Part shown: positions 13,100-24,690 of the stretch, in pieces
Layout of the letters: each line of letters opens with the position of its first letter
Position numbering within the stretch: the stretch's first letter is position 1
Assembly (NCBI GenBank): GCA_013265495.1
Contig: MU058423.1
Location: 8,045,627-8,109,626 of the forward strand
Source: Vicugna vicugna
Taxonomy: Eukaryota
DNA: 64,000 nt
Direction of reading: 5' to 3'
Notes under the pieces: model-generated
The model's input: only the letters and a program-made list of their open reading frames with translations
Databases searched by the model: none
What the model was told of the DNA's origin: nothing
Made by a program: the position numbers and the translations under genes

Positions 13100-14823
13100 T
13101 TCACCATGGACGAATTCATTCCACAACGGTTTTTAAGATCCTATTGTAAGTCAAGCACCATTTATGGGAACACAAAATATGAATAAAATGATGTCCTCAG
13201 TGATGATACATATAGCTAATTACATATTTAAAAATCATTACAAAATAGCATGACAAAGTCTATAATGGAGGTAAATGAAAAGGACTGTAGAAACACTAAA
13301 GAAGGTAAAGATTCTGTCCGAGAGAACTAAGGAAGGCTTCTCAGAAGAGATCACATTTGAGCTAAGTCCTCAAGAATACATAGGAATTCTCCCGCAGGAA
13401 AGGTCATTATTAACGTAGTGACTAAAATTTCTCAGTAGGTGGACAAGAAATGACAGGGTAGTAGGACCGTTACCAATTGCCTTCCCAGGTCAGAGCGTGT
13501 TTGTTTCATCACTTTCCCAAGAACCAGTCCCAGGTGCTTCCCCACAACAACCCAATTAGGAAGCAAATGGACTGCCCACTTCTTTACAGTTACAAGTTCC
13601 AGGAAGGGTGACGAACTCAGCACCGAGCGCAGGGGATCTGCTAGAATGAGCCGGCAAGGACAGAGCAGAAGGCATGGGCACCAAGCGCAGGCAATACGGA
13701 AGGCTATGCGGTACAGCTTTCTCAGCACCCGAAGTACCTTAGTCTGGACACTCGTGTGGGTCCTCCCTCCTTCCCAGAAACTTCACTGCGTTTTGCCTCT
13801 GACTCTTTGGCTTCCCTCTGGTCACTCTCTCACTTTCTCCCTCTCTTCTCACCTCCTCTTAATCTTAGGTTAACCCTTCCCTCTACCACTTTTCCAGTGT
13901 TCCTCAAAGGGAGGTCCTCCCTCTCTTCTCAAAACCTCTTCATTTTTTTCACACTATTCTTTAATGGCAGATTAAGCCCTGAGCCCAAATCATTAACAAT
14001 CAAATAACTAGTTCTCTTTTCTTCAAGGGGATAGAGGGCTTAGCATTTAAAACATCCCAGGAGATGAAGAATACTATTTGCTTCCTATCCTCCTAGGGCA
14101 GAAGATAAACTGAAGAGTTAAGCCTTCAACTGAGAGAGTCTACAGTTGGTTCATGGAGCACAGGGTGGGAGATTCTGGCTCAGGATCCTTGGGGCAGGTC
14201 TCAAGTGCTCCTGATGGGTCCATTTGGTATCAGTGTGCTCAGGACGGAAATTTTGGCTTCACCTTCTCTGAATTCTTCCCTTTTCCAAAAGCCTAAATAA
14301 GGTCAGGTTCTCATTACAGATCTAGAAGTTATGCCTCTGGGGTCTGCGTTGCCCACTTTTCTGTTCAAAGGTTTCTCTCAGGGGACATGGCAATGCCTAA
14401 ACCTTGCTCAGAGAGATGTACATAAGTTTGTGATTCTGAGGAATTTTAATAAACTGGATCATTGTCAGGACTTTCCATTTCTAAGCCAAATGTCATCTCT
14501 TTATTGGAGCAAGGGAAAGAGCCCTCGCCTGGCTGTCAGGGAACTGGAAGGATGCCTGCACCCAAACAGCATATTGTTGGGTATCATTTTTGTCCAGTAT
14601 TAGAATCTCCAACTTTTAACTCATTTTGATATCAGCGTTACACTGGTCTCAACAAACAATTTGGGAAGTGGCCTTTTTTTTCTATTCTCTAGAAGAGTTT
14701 GTGGCAGATTAATTCTATTTCTTCCTAAATTATACGTAGGTCAGAAGATACGTTATTTTAAAATGCCAATTCTCTCCCAATTGATCTAAAGATTTAGCGT
14801 AATCTCAATAAAATAAAATCCCA

Positions 14824-14826
<3 letters not shown>

Positions 14827-14860
<34 letters not shown>
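14827..14860. repeat. (GT)17 microsatellite
   Basis: Direct reading. Confidence 0.98.
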
Positions 14861-14863
<3 letters not shown>

Positions 14864-15017
14864 CTGACAAGCTTATTCTGAAATTTATAAAAATAAGAAG
14901 GATCAAGGATACCCAAGGCAATCTTGAAGAACAAAGCTGGGGACTTGTATTGCCAGATCTCAGGGCTTATTCTAAAACTATAGTGATTTAGACAGTGTAT
15001 TATTGATCCAAGAATAG

Positions 15018-15475
15018 TGTATGGTAAGGCCACACAAGATGGCTCTTCTCTTGTTTTCTGTACATCCCCTGCTTGAACAGTGCCTGCTACATCTGCACCT
15101 ACTCTCATAACTGACCTGCCTACATACTTGCCCCAGGCCCCAGCTAATTGTTTACCTTTAGATCAGTTTGTTCTAGCTTTAGATCAGAACTCTCCACTAT
15201 GCATATCATAGGGGCAGTGAGGGGCATGCCCCTCGGCTGGTTTCCTGATAACCAATGAACCAACCTCCCCCTTCCCTCGGGAATGAGGACTGCCTCCATG
15301 TCCTGCCCGCCTTCAGCCACACAGATGGGATGTCACTCTGGGACTCTGCTTCAGACATGTAATCTCCCCCTACCCATTAAACCACTGATGTCTCTGTTGC
15401 TGACTGTGTGCTCTTTCTTTGGTCCTGAAACTGGGCAAGTGCAGGCTTTGCAGGCCTGTGGGGTGTGGCACAACA
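15018..15475 (+). mobile_element. ERV solo LTR (family unassigned)
   Basis: TG...CA ends, TSD aatag/tatag, ATTAAA at ~15376; cleanly splits the L1. Confidence 0.8.
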
Positions 15476-15537
15476 TATAGAAAAACTGATCAATAGTACA
15501 GACAGGAGGCCTCATATACAGCCCCACACATACGCAT

Positions 15538-16119
15538 TGTTTCAGCCTGCACTCAGGCATCTAACATCTATACCTTCTGTTCCCAAGGGGAGTTGGAGAA
15601 TCAGGGAAGAAGTCACTAGCCAATCTTCTTGATGCATTGGCATAGGTGGAAAAGTCAGTTTGCAGAGATACCTGAAAATCTAAGCAAAAAAAAAAACCAA
15701 AAAACCAAAAAACCAAGAACAAACCCAAGTGTGCCCAGTTGCAGACATGAAGAAGAAAATCAGTGGAAGGTCTACAGCAAACAGCTGCCTCCACATACTG
15801 TCACTCCTGCGGCTGCACTGCCAACCACGTGGTGGTGGCCGAGGGCAGCCAGAAAGGGTAGCGGTCCGAAAGAAAAGATAGGCACAGAGATGGGAAGAAA
15901 GAGGAAAGCTGGAACCCACCAGCACCCTTATGTCTTTCCATGCACATATATAAGAAGACCTCCAAAGAACAAAAGAACAATAGTAACTTCCTCCTTTTCT
16001 CCTTCCAAATCTTGTGTTCCTCTGTTAGCCAACTGTAATGGAAAACCATTCAGAGAAGGAGATTCTGGCAAAAGTGGTTCTCAGCTTAACCAAGTGAACA
16101 CAGAAGAATTCACCATACA
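15538..16119 (-). mobile_element. ERVL solo LTR (LTR41/LTR52-like)
   Basis: Minus strand begins 'tgtatggtgaattcttctgtgttcacttggttaagctgagaaccacttttgccagaatctccttc'; TG...CA ends. Confidence 0.65.
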
Positions 16120-16661
16120 TCGTTACCTGCTTTATGAAAAATTAACACTGAAGTGCAATGCAGAAAGAATGATCTTTTCAATAAATGTTTCTGGATCAAT
16201 AAGCTACCACTGTGGGAAAAGAATGAATCTCGAAACCTAGCTCATACCATAAATATAATCAGTATCAGATGGATTATAGTTCTAAGTGTTAGAGGTGAAA
16301 CAGAACTTTAAAAGGAATCAGAGACTGATATCTTCATAACCTTGAGGTAGGTGGAAATTTCTTAAACAGGACACAAAAAGCATTAATTACAAAGGGGAAA
16401 ATTTTGGTTAAATTGACTACATTAAAATTAATAATCATTGTTCATCAAAAAACACTATTAAAATAGTGAAAATGCAAGCCATCGAATTGGAGGAGATACA
16501 TGCAATATATATGTAAGGAACTCATATTCAGAATATTACAAGAACTCCTATAAATAGATAAACAAAAAGTAAATAAATAAACAAGTAAGCATATGACCCA
16601 ATGGAAAACTGGGCCAAACTGTGTACAGAAACATCACAAACGTACATATCCAAATGGCCAA

Positions 16662-17180
16662 TGTATTATTTATCTACTGCTGTGTAACAAATTACCCCCA
16701 AATGTAATGGCACAAAACAACTCAAATTTATTATATCATATTTATTTATGTCATATGCATTTATTATTCTTGTGGGTCAAGAATCTCTGCTTAATTAGGT
16801 CTTCTGACTTGGTCTATCACAAAGTTACAGACATCTTAAACTACAGTCACCTAAAGGTGAATCTACTTCTAAGTTAACTCCAGTGTTTGTTGGGAGCATT
16901 CACTTTCTACCTGGCTGTTGGACTGAAGTCTTGGGTTCCTCAGTTCTTATTCACAAGGTCTTTCCATAGGGCAGGTCACAACATAGCTGGCTTCATCAGA
17001 GGAAGCAAGCAAGATGGCAAGAATGCCAGCAAAACAAAAGCCATAGTCTTTATGACCTAATCTCAGGTGTAATATCCTGTCACTTTTGCCATAATCTTCG
17101 TATTTAAAGCAAGTCTCTACGTCACTAGCACACACACAGGGAGGCTGGTAGAGTTCACAAAGGCATGACCATCAGGACAA
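16662..17180 (-). mobile_element. MaLR LTR (MLT1F/G/H-like)
   Basis: 'tgtattatttatctactgctgtgtaacaaattacccccaaatgtaatggcacaaaacaac' is the antisense MLT1 3' end. Confidence 0.8.
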
Positions 17181-17649
17181 CTAGGACACTCAAACATTGC
17201 TGATGGAAGTATAGGTTGTTGCAACCATCCTGGAAAATATTTTGGTAATATTTATTAAAGTTGAATATACACATAACCTCTGACCCAGCAATTCCATCTG
17301 TTTGCAGATGACCAAACAAAATGCATTCATGTGTTCATTCAAAGAAATATTAAAAAAAATTCAAAGCAATACTGTCCATGCCAGCCAAACCTACTTAAAT
17401 GTCAATAATTAGTAAAATGCATAAATAAATTGTGTCATATTTGTACAATGAAAGTCAGTACAACAATGAGAATGAGTAAATTTCAACTATATCCAACAAC
17501 ATCAAATAAAACCTGAATGAAGTAAGTTAGCAAATCAAGGGCACACACCACACAATTTCATTTATATAAAGTTCAAGTCAAAGCAATCCATGTGTTAAAA
17601 GTCAGAATAGGTTACTCAAAGGGAACACAAAGGGGCTTCCTGGGTTTGG

Positions 17650-18137
17650 CTCAAAAACTTCCTATAACTTCCCATCTCATTCAGAACTACGAGAGCCTAT
17701 ATGATTGGTACCTAAACTCCTCCCACTCTCTCTCTGTCTTCAATTACTATTCTCCTCACTCACTACTCCAGGGTCCTTGGACTCTCTAATATACATCTAC
17801 TTCAAGGTATTGTCTCTTATTGTTGTTATGCCTGCAGACTTCTTCCTCTAGACTTTGAAATGCCTGGCATTCTCACCTTCTTCAAGCTTTGTTCAAATGT
17901 AACCCCATTAGAGAGGACTTGCCTAATTACTCTGTGTAAGCTTGTCTTTAACTTACTTTATTATCTGCCATGCAGTTGTCAATATCTGGTATATTTATTC
18001 GTCTAATATCTGTCCTCCTCCCCTAGAGCATAAACGCCTTAAGAAGGGATTTTGTTTTCTTAATGGCTGTTTCCATGGACTCTAGAGCAGTGCCTTACAT
18101 GTAGGGGCCACTCTTTAATTATTTGTTAAGTGAATAA
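17650..18137 (+). mobile_element. L2 3' region
   Basis: 'caccttcttcaagctttgttcaaatgtaacccc...ctagagcagtgccttacatgtagg...atttgttaagtgaataaa'. Confidence 0.75.
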
Positions 18138-21100
18138 AAAGACCAGGAAGTCTTGTAAGCAACTGAAGAATGATCACAGAAACTGAGCCAGGATGATTAC
18201 AGACAGGGACCAGGGAAAATCACTAGTGTTGAGGAAACTACCCATTAGGGTCAGTGAAAAGAAAGGAGCTAGTGTTCCATGTTCAATACCTTAAGACCAA
18301 GAGGCATGGAGAAGGCAATATCCACTTGATGCAGGAGTCAATATCTCATGAGTCCATTCTGAGAAATATAAGAATAAGAACTGGTATCAGTATTTCTGGG
18401 TGGTAGTGTTCTCCCTGTAAGAAATAAATCCGAGCCTTGCTTGCATTAGGGTCATCCTCCACCACAGAAAACACCACTCAGGCTTCCTGCGTGCTTTTTA
18501 TGTCAACAGAGTTTATTCCCTCTGATAAATGCCTAGTGGAAGGGTTCACAGACACCTAAAAAAAGTAATTTATGTAAACAGAAAGCAATGAAACCAGCTA
18601 CACAATCAGACTTTCAAGGAGCTTGCAGTACATCAAACAAATTGTTTAATTGATTTTTGCAGCCATTAGGGTAAGACTGCTGTTTGTTTATAACTACCGT
18701 TCAGATGATTGCTTTGGTAGATGAATTTATCTACTGAAAGTGGCAGCTTTTAATCAGCTGCCACTATATAGATCATAAATAGAAACAATATGACAAACGT
18801 TACTGATGAACACTTAGTTCATAATTCTTTTTAGTCCACGTTCCTGTTTGTCTCAGGTCATTTGACTCACAGATCTGTCTAGGTCACATATGCAGCTCAT
18901 ATGCCCACATTAGTAGTCTTCTTTTATATTCCCATTATTTGTACTCTAAGTTTTATCTTCCTCGTTGTCTCTATGGATTAATGACCACTGACAATATTAC
19001 GATGAAATGTGTTTTGTCTTGAGTTTTCAACTCCTAAGTAAATGGTGAACCCAGAGTAATGTAAGTCAATATTTAAATGCATACATCCTGTAATAACAAC
19101 ATTCCGTTCAACTTGGTTATTAGCACTTTATGATAGCATCTGTCTTCTAATTGTATTTTTAATGGTAGTTGGTCATGCATCTCATAATCTGGGAAAACCT
19201 AAGAGAGTGTAAATAGATAGTGAAGAGAACACATCAACATCTTTAGCTAAGTATTAATATCCACGTATAACCAGAAGGAGGTAGCACTTCAGATCTGATT
19301 TTCAAACTTCTTTTCAGGAAACCATAATGTGTGTTTAGGTGTGACACAGAAAATTATGCAGTTATTCATAATTTGGCAACTCACATGTATTTTAAGAAGT
19401 GCCTAAACACATATTTATTTAATATAACCATGTATTTGTAAATCAATAAAGGTAATATGATATAAAATATTCTTTTTCTTGCTAACAATTTAAATTCAAA
19501 TAAAACCAAACATCATGAGTTAATTACATAAAATTAGGGCAAATAAGCACCATTAGGAAAAAGTAAGGGTGAAGGAGCTTATATGTAAACTACATGAAAA
19601 AAAAAACTATCTTGATTTTGTTTATTGTCCTGTTCCAAATTATTAAACTTCTAAGGTTACCAATGGAAATACCAAGCATATACAACTCGATTTGATCTTT
19701 CATTAATAAAGTCAATTTCAGTTTTAGGCCAGCAATTGCTCAAAATAAGAAAACTCTCTCTTTTTTTATAATTAACTCTTCTCAAAGAATCCATGTCTTC
19801 TCTCAAAACAAACAAACAAACTTACTTCTGGTATTTCCAACTTCCTTTTACACTTTATACATTCGTTCATTATTTCGTTTATTGAGAATTTAACAAGCAC
19901 TTCATCTTAGCATGTATTTCTCATGCTGCCACGTTCCTGATGTCCATCATGGTACATAGGAACTGCCCAAAGTTCTTTATTTCAAGCTCCCAAACATCTT
20001 TCTTTTTCCCTAAAGCATTCTTGGTTTTCAAATTTCTGTTTTCTTCCCTTTGTCCCATCTCACTATGGACAAGGCAGCCATTTTCCTTAATGGTTCTAGC
20101 TGAGGAAATGCAGGCAAAAAATCTGCTTATGCTAATGGGCACTAAAGGGAGAGTGAATAAATTATTGGACCCCCAATCATACCCTACATACCTCCTGCTT
20201 ACAATTTCCCTTTGAGAGTTAAAACAAACACTCTGGAATTTGGTGCGCTTGCCAACAAAATGATAGTGATAGGCAGGGAATTAGAAACTTGAATAGACCC
20301 TGTCCTGCAGCACAATCAAATCCTATGATGTGGGTACATTCTACCACTTTCGTCATTGGTTGAAGGCTACCACTGGAACCATGCTCTCTCCTTGGAGGCC
20401 GGTATGCTCCTACAACCAGAAAAAGAGCCCCAGAGTAGAGTCTCAGGTGTTAACAGCGATCAGCCTTCCACAGGTAGAGTTTAGGGCTGTGAGAGGGAGG
20501 AAACCAACAGCAGCTGTTCTATGAGGGAAGGCTGGTTAGAAAGATGAACAGTCTCCCCATCGTCTTCTCCCATACTCAAGCTTTCACAAGTAGGAGTAAG
20601 TCAGCAAACCTAATGCATCGCCAATATTATTCCAACAAATCACCATTACCTTCATCCAAAAATATTTATGGAGTCCTCTGTGCAAATCTCTGGGTGGAAG
20701 AACATACAGGAATAGAGAGATAGTACAGGTCTTCTAGAAAATTACTAGTAAGAGAAGGTGATAAAAATAAATACAAAAGAATAAATGAATTAATAACAGC
20801 ACAAGATAATGTGTAGTATATAGCCTAGGTATTATTAATTCACAGACATTTTAGCAACAACGAATCTCTGATATTCTTCAGTGTATTTCCATTGTTGAGT
20901 CACACAGAGGTTAAGTGAGTTGTTCAATGCTGCATGACTTAAAATTGGCACCAAAACTCCTAATATTGACAATAAGTGTTGGAAGTAATTTAAAAAAGTA
21001 ACTTGGCCAATACAAAGGCAAGACAGGAAAAGAAGTCATTATTTCTCTTTCAATACGTTCACCGTTTTATGTTTAACCCCCAGAATCAATGGCAGTGGGT

Positions 21101-23967
21101 GAGTCTGCATTCATCCTGTGAAAACAATCTTTAGTGGAGTAAAAATGAGCCCTGTGTTTTGCTGCTGTCAGGTTTCACAATGACGAGCAGCAGGAAACCT
21201 GTTTTGAACATGCCATGATCCATTTCACTGGTCAGAACAACCAGTCATCATGTAACGAGGTTCTGAAATCATCTGGCTCAGCTTTTTATTCTTCATTTAT
21301 TAAATGAATTTGGGAAATTCTCACAGAAATGCATTCGCGAAAAGATTTTAAAAATTAAAAGACTTTTCAGCTTTGAAATGGACAGTCTTGCCTATGAGAA
21401 ACCATATACTCTTACTCAAAGGTTCATAGGAGAAAATAGCCAATTCTTGGAAAGATAAAGAGAGCAGTGAGGTCTGTTAGGAGGATGTCACTAAAATGGA
21501 AACTAGGGGAACAATGATTTTAAAAAACCCGTAAGTTCTCAGGTAAGGACATGAAAATTCCACTCCCTGTCACAATACTGCTAATTTTGTCACGATGGAA
21601 AGTACCAAGTACATAGACCACTTCAGAGTCACCAAGATCTCCCCTTTGAAAACCTTCAAGAAAGACAAAAAATAATTATTGACCTATAAGAATGGTCAAT
21701 TGATTTCTTCCAAAGGACCAACAGAAACCAAGTAGACACTGATTCATTAAGAAATGTTTAAAGCTCATACATTATCAACATGGATAGTAGTGGTAGGCAG
21801 ATATTAGAGAAATGAATAGAGGATGAAATCACAAAACATTCAGAAATGTATAAAGTGGTAAAAACATGCTGTGATAAAAAGTAAAAACTATCCAGTACGC
21901 TCTTCTAAAGGATGGATCTTTTCAGGTAAATGTGGTAGAAATTTTCTAAGATAATAATAATTTCAGTGAAGTGAATTATTGAGTATTAGCAAATCCCAAA
22001 TGTGTTTGAAATTTGTGGTACATAAAGTCTTCTCACATACAGAAATCCAGTGGAGACAGAGGACTGTGGAGGGGCTGGGCAAGGAGGGAGTCTGGTTAGG
22101 AACAAGTAACCAAGTGCCTTATTGAAAAGAATTTGCATTCCTTTAATTTAGCCAAGTGCTTGGTTTATAGCTGGTATCAATACATATTTGCTGTAGAAAA
22201 CGAGAAAGAAGAGAGAAATTTACTTTCCAGACAGAATCTAAACTGATGAGGTAATCAAGAGAAGACTGTAATGAATTTAGGAATAAGGAAGAACTGATCC
22301 ATTAATATATAAAAGTCTGTATTAGGGTCATGAATGTTTAGAAGAGAAATTTGCTTGAGGAAATGTTGGAAACATTTTGAGTCTTCATTTGAATTTAGAA
22401 TTACATAGCATCAAGATGGACAAAATTAAGCCTTTCTTTTGTAGGGCACAAGAGGGAAATTACTTTATGAACTTTCACTTGGGAATTTCCTTTTTTAATT
22501 ATACAAAAAAATTATACAATGTGAGTTCAAGCAGTCTCTCAAAGCTTTAGCCACATCTCAATTAAATAGCACGGGGAGTTGCATAAGGAACCCAGCTAGA
22601 AATGAAAACAAGTATGTAAAAGCAACTTTGATCAAATTAAGATTTGCATCCAAAGTAGAATATAAAAAGTAAATGGGAAAAAATGATTCTTGTCTTTTAC
22701 TATTTTGTCAACTTAACTTGGCTCTCATGCCCAGCTCATTAATTACGTAGTACCATCATGATTTGGGTGAAATACGGTAGCTGTGAGTTTTTGTCTGCCC
22801 GGCAATTATCTTTCTATAACTGGGAACAATATGCTCTCTTTTCTTTTCAGGAACCATATAAATAACAGTACCCTCTACGTCCTGAGTTAAGGCAGAGGTA
22901 TTTGGCATTGTACTGCCTATCAACACACCCTCTTCCTCTGGCCAGGAAGACGCACATGGTCTAAACAAGGTCTATAGGAATCAGGAATTTTTTAGAATTC
23001 ACCTGACAGAAAGGGTGCTCCAGTGACATTGGTTAAAAGAATGTCAGGCAACAGAATAAATAAGCTAGTGGGAATAAGCTAGACCTGTTTCTTCCCTTTA
23101 GGGTCGTGACGCTAGACTATCACCTGGGGCTGCTCCAGCCTTTACTTTCTTACTAGAAGGAGCTCATCATCAGTAGGCGATAATGATGCTGAGGTCAAAG
23201 GCAGAGACGAGTGTAACCAAGAGATGAATAAAGAGAGATACATTCATGAAACCCTCCTGGAATTTCCGGTTTTGAGACTAAAAAATTTTCTTTTCGGTGA
23301 ACTTGATCCAAGCTTCTATCGCTTGCCCAAGGAAGCTCAGGGTAAATATCACAATCTTTGGTAGAGCTTTAACAGACCCCCAGCAGAAATGCAGATGATC
23401 AAACAATCATTAGAGATTTCAGTGAAATGTATTTCATTACAGATGTAAATAAAATTTGAAATTGCTGTTGGAATAAGCAAAAAATTTTGCTCATGGTGCA
23501 CTTTCAATTCATAGCTGCTTTCACATGAAGCCTAATAATACTACTTTAGGAGAAAGATAATAGTAAGTCCATATATACTGCATGCCCTGCATAATATAGG
23601 AGCTTCTAAAAGGCTAGATGTTTACTATTTCAGTTTCATGATTTAAGACTTTCATATTGTATTAGAAACATTTACAATTTATTAGCAACTGCCTCTTGCA
23701 TTTCCTATTTTCTTATTGCTTTGAGGAGGCTATTTTAAATTTAGCATTCATTGATGCGTTTCATCTTATGGATATTAAGTCTCAGAATCATAAGTTCAGG
23801 TTCCCACATGGCTGCAAAAGAGGCTTTACTCCATGGGAAGCTTAAGAGTGTCTTAAAATGTCATAATGGTGAAACTAATTCTTCTTGTCAGCCTTTGGGA
23901 ATCAAGCCACAACTGTAAATTATTCCTCAACCTGTAGAAGATGAGCAGGAAGAAAATACTTCAACTG

Positions 23968-24690
23968 TAATTCAACATCCATACAATAAATATTTATGGA
24001 GTTCACCAAGACAGAAGCATTGTTCTAAGTTCTAGAGATAAAAAAAAATGAAGAAGGCAGAAAGAATCCTGATATGATAATTGGAGACAGAGATAATAAA
24101 GCAAACAAATGAAGGAGACAATTTCAGATAGAGCTAACAAAGTACACATAGAGTTTAAAAGGTATTGTATCAGAAAATGGCTGAGCTAGGGAAATCCATG
24201 CTGGGGAGATAATGTTGCACCTGAGATCTGAATGAAAGTTACTGGACATATGAAAACCTGGGAGATGAGCTTTCTGAGCAAAGGGAACTAGATGTGCAGG
24301 TGTTCTAGGAGTCGTGTATCTGAGATTCAAGAAGAGTAGATGGATACCCAGTGTGGCTGGAGTGTGGGGAGCAAGAGGAAGAGTGGTAGGTAGTGAGGTT
24401 GGAGAGCTCTGTGGGCACTGCTAAGTTTGGGGAACCACTGAGGAGTTTTAGACGAGGAATGGCATGATCTAATGTCTCTTTCAGAAAGGTCACTGGCTTG
24501 GGCGGGAGGCTGGACAGTAGGACTCAAGATTAGAATGAGAGATACCAGTAGGAAACTATTATGATTGTCCAGGGGAGACATGATGGTAGCTTGGGCTAAA
24601 AGGTTGAAATGAAGAGAAAAGAATCCTTCACGAAGTAGAGACTGTAGGATTTATAAGAGTAGGTGGAGAAAAAAGAGGAATCAAGGCATC
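23968..24690 (-). mobile_element. L2 fragment
   Basis: 'caataaatatttatggagttc...gcattgttctaagttctagagat...ttcagaaaggtcactggc...gaggaatcaagg'. Confidence 0.8.

Larger units (their letters stand above)
14624..17640 (+). mobile_element. Old L1M (L1ME-like) ORF2/3' region, fragmented by three LTR insertions; 5' piece inverted
   Basis: Sense L1-like pieces at ~14750-15017, 15476-15537, 16120-16661 and ~17190-17640; antisense ORF2-like piece at 14624-14731. Confidence 0.75.

Noticed and set aside
15629..16240. Longest ORF (203 aa)
   Set aside because: It runs antisense through an ERVL LTR, an A-rich tract and into old L1; low-complexity peptide with no recognisable domain.
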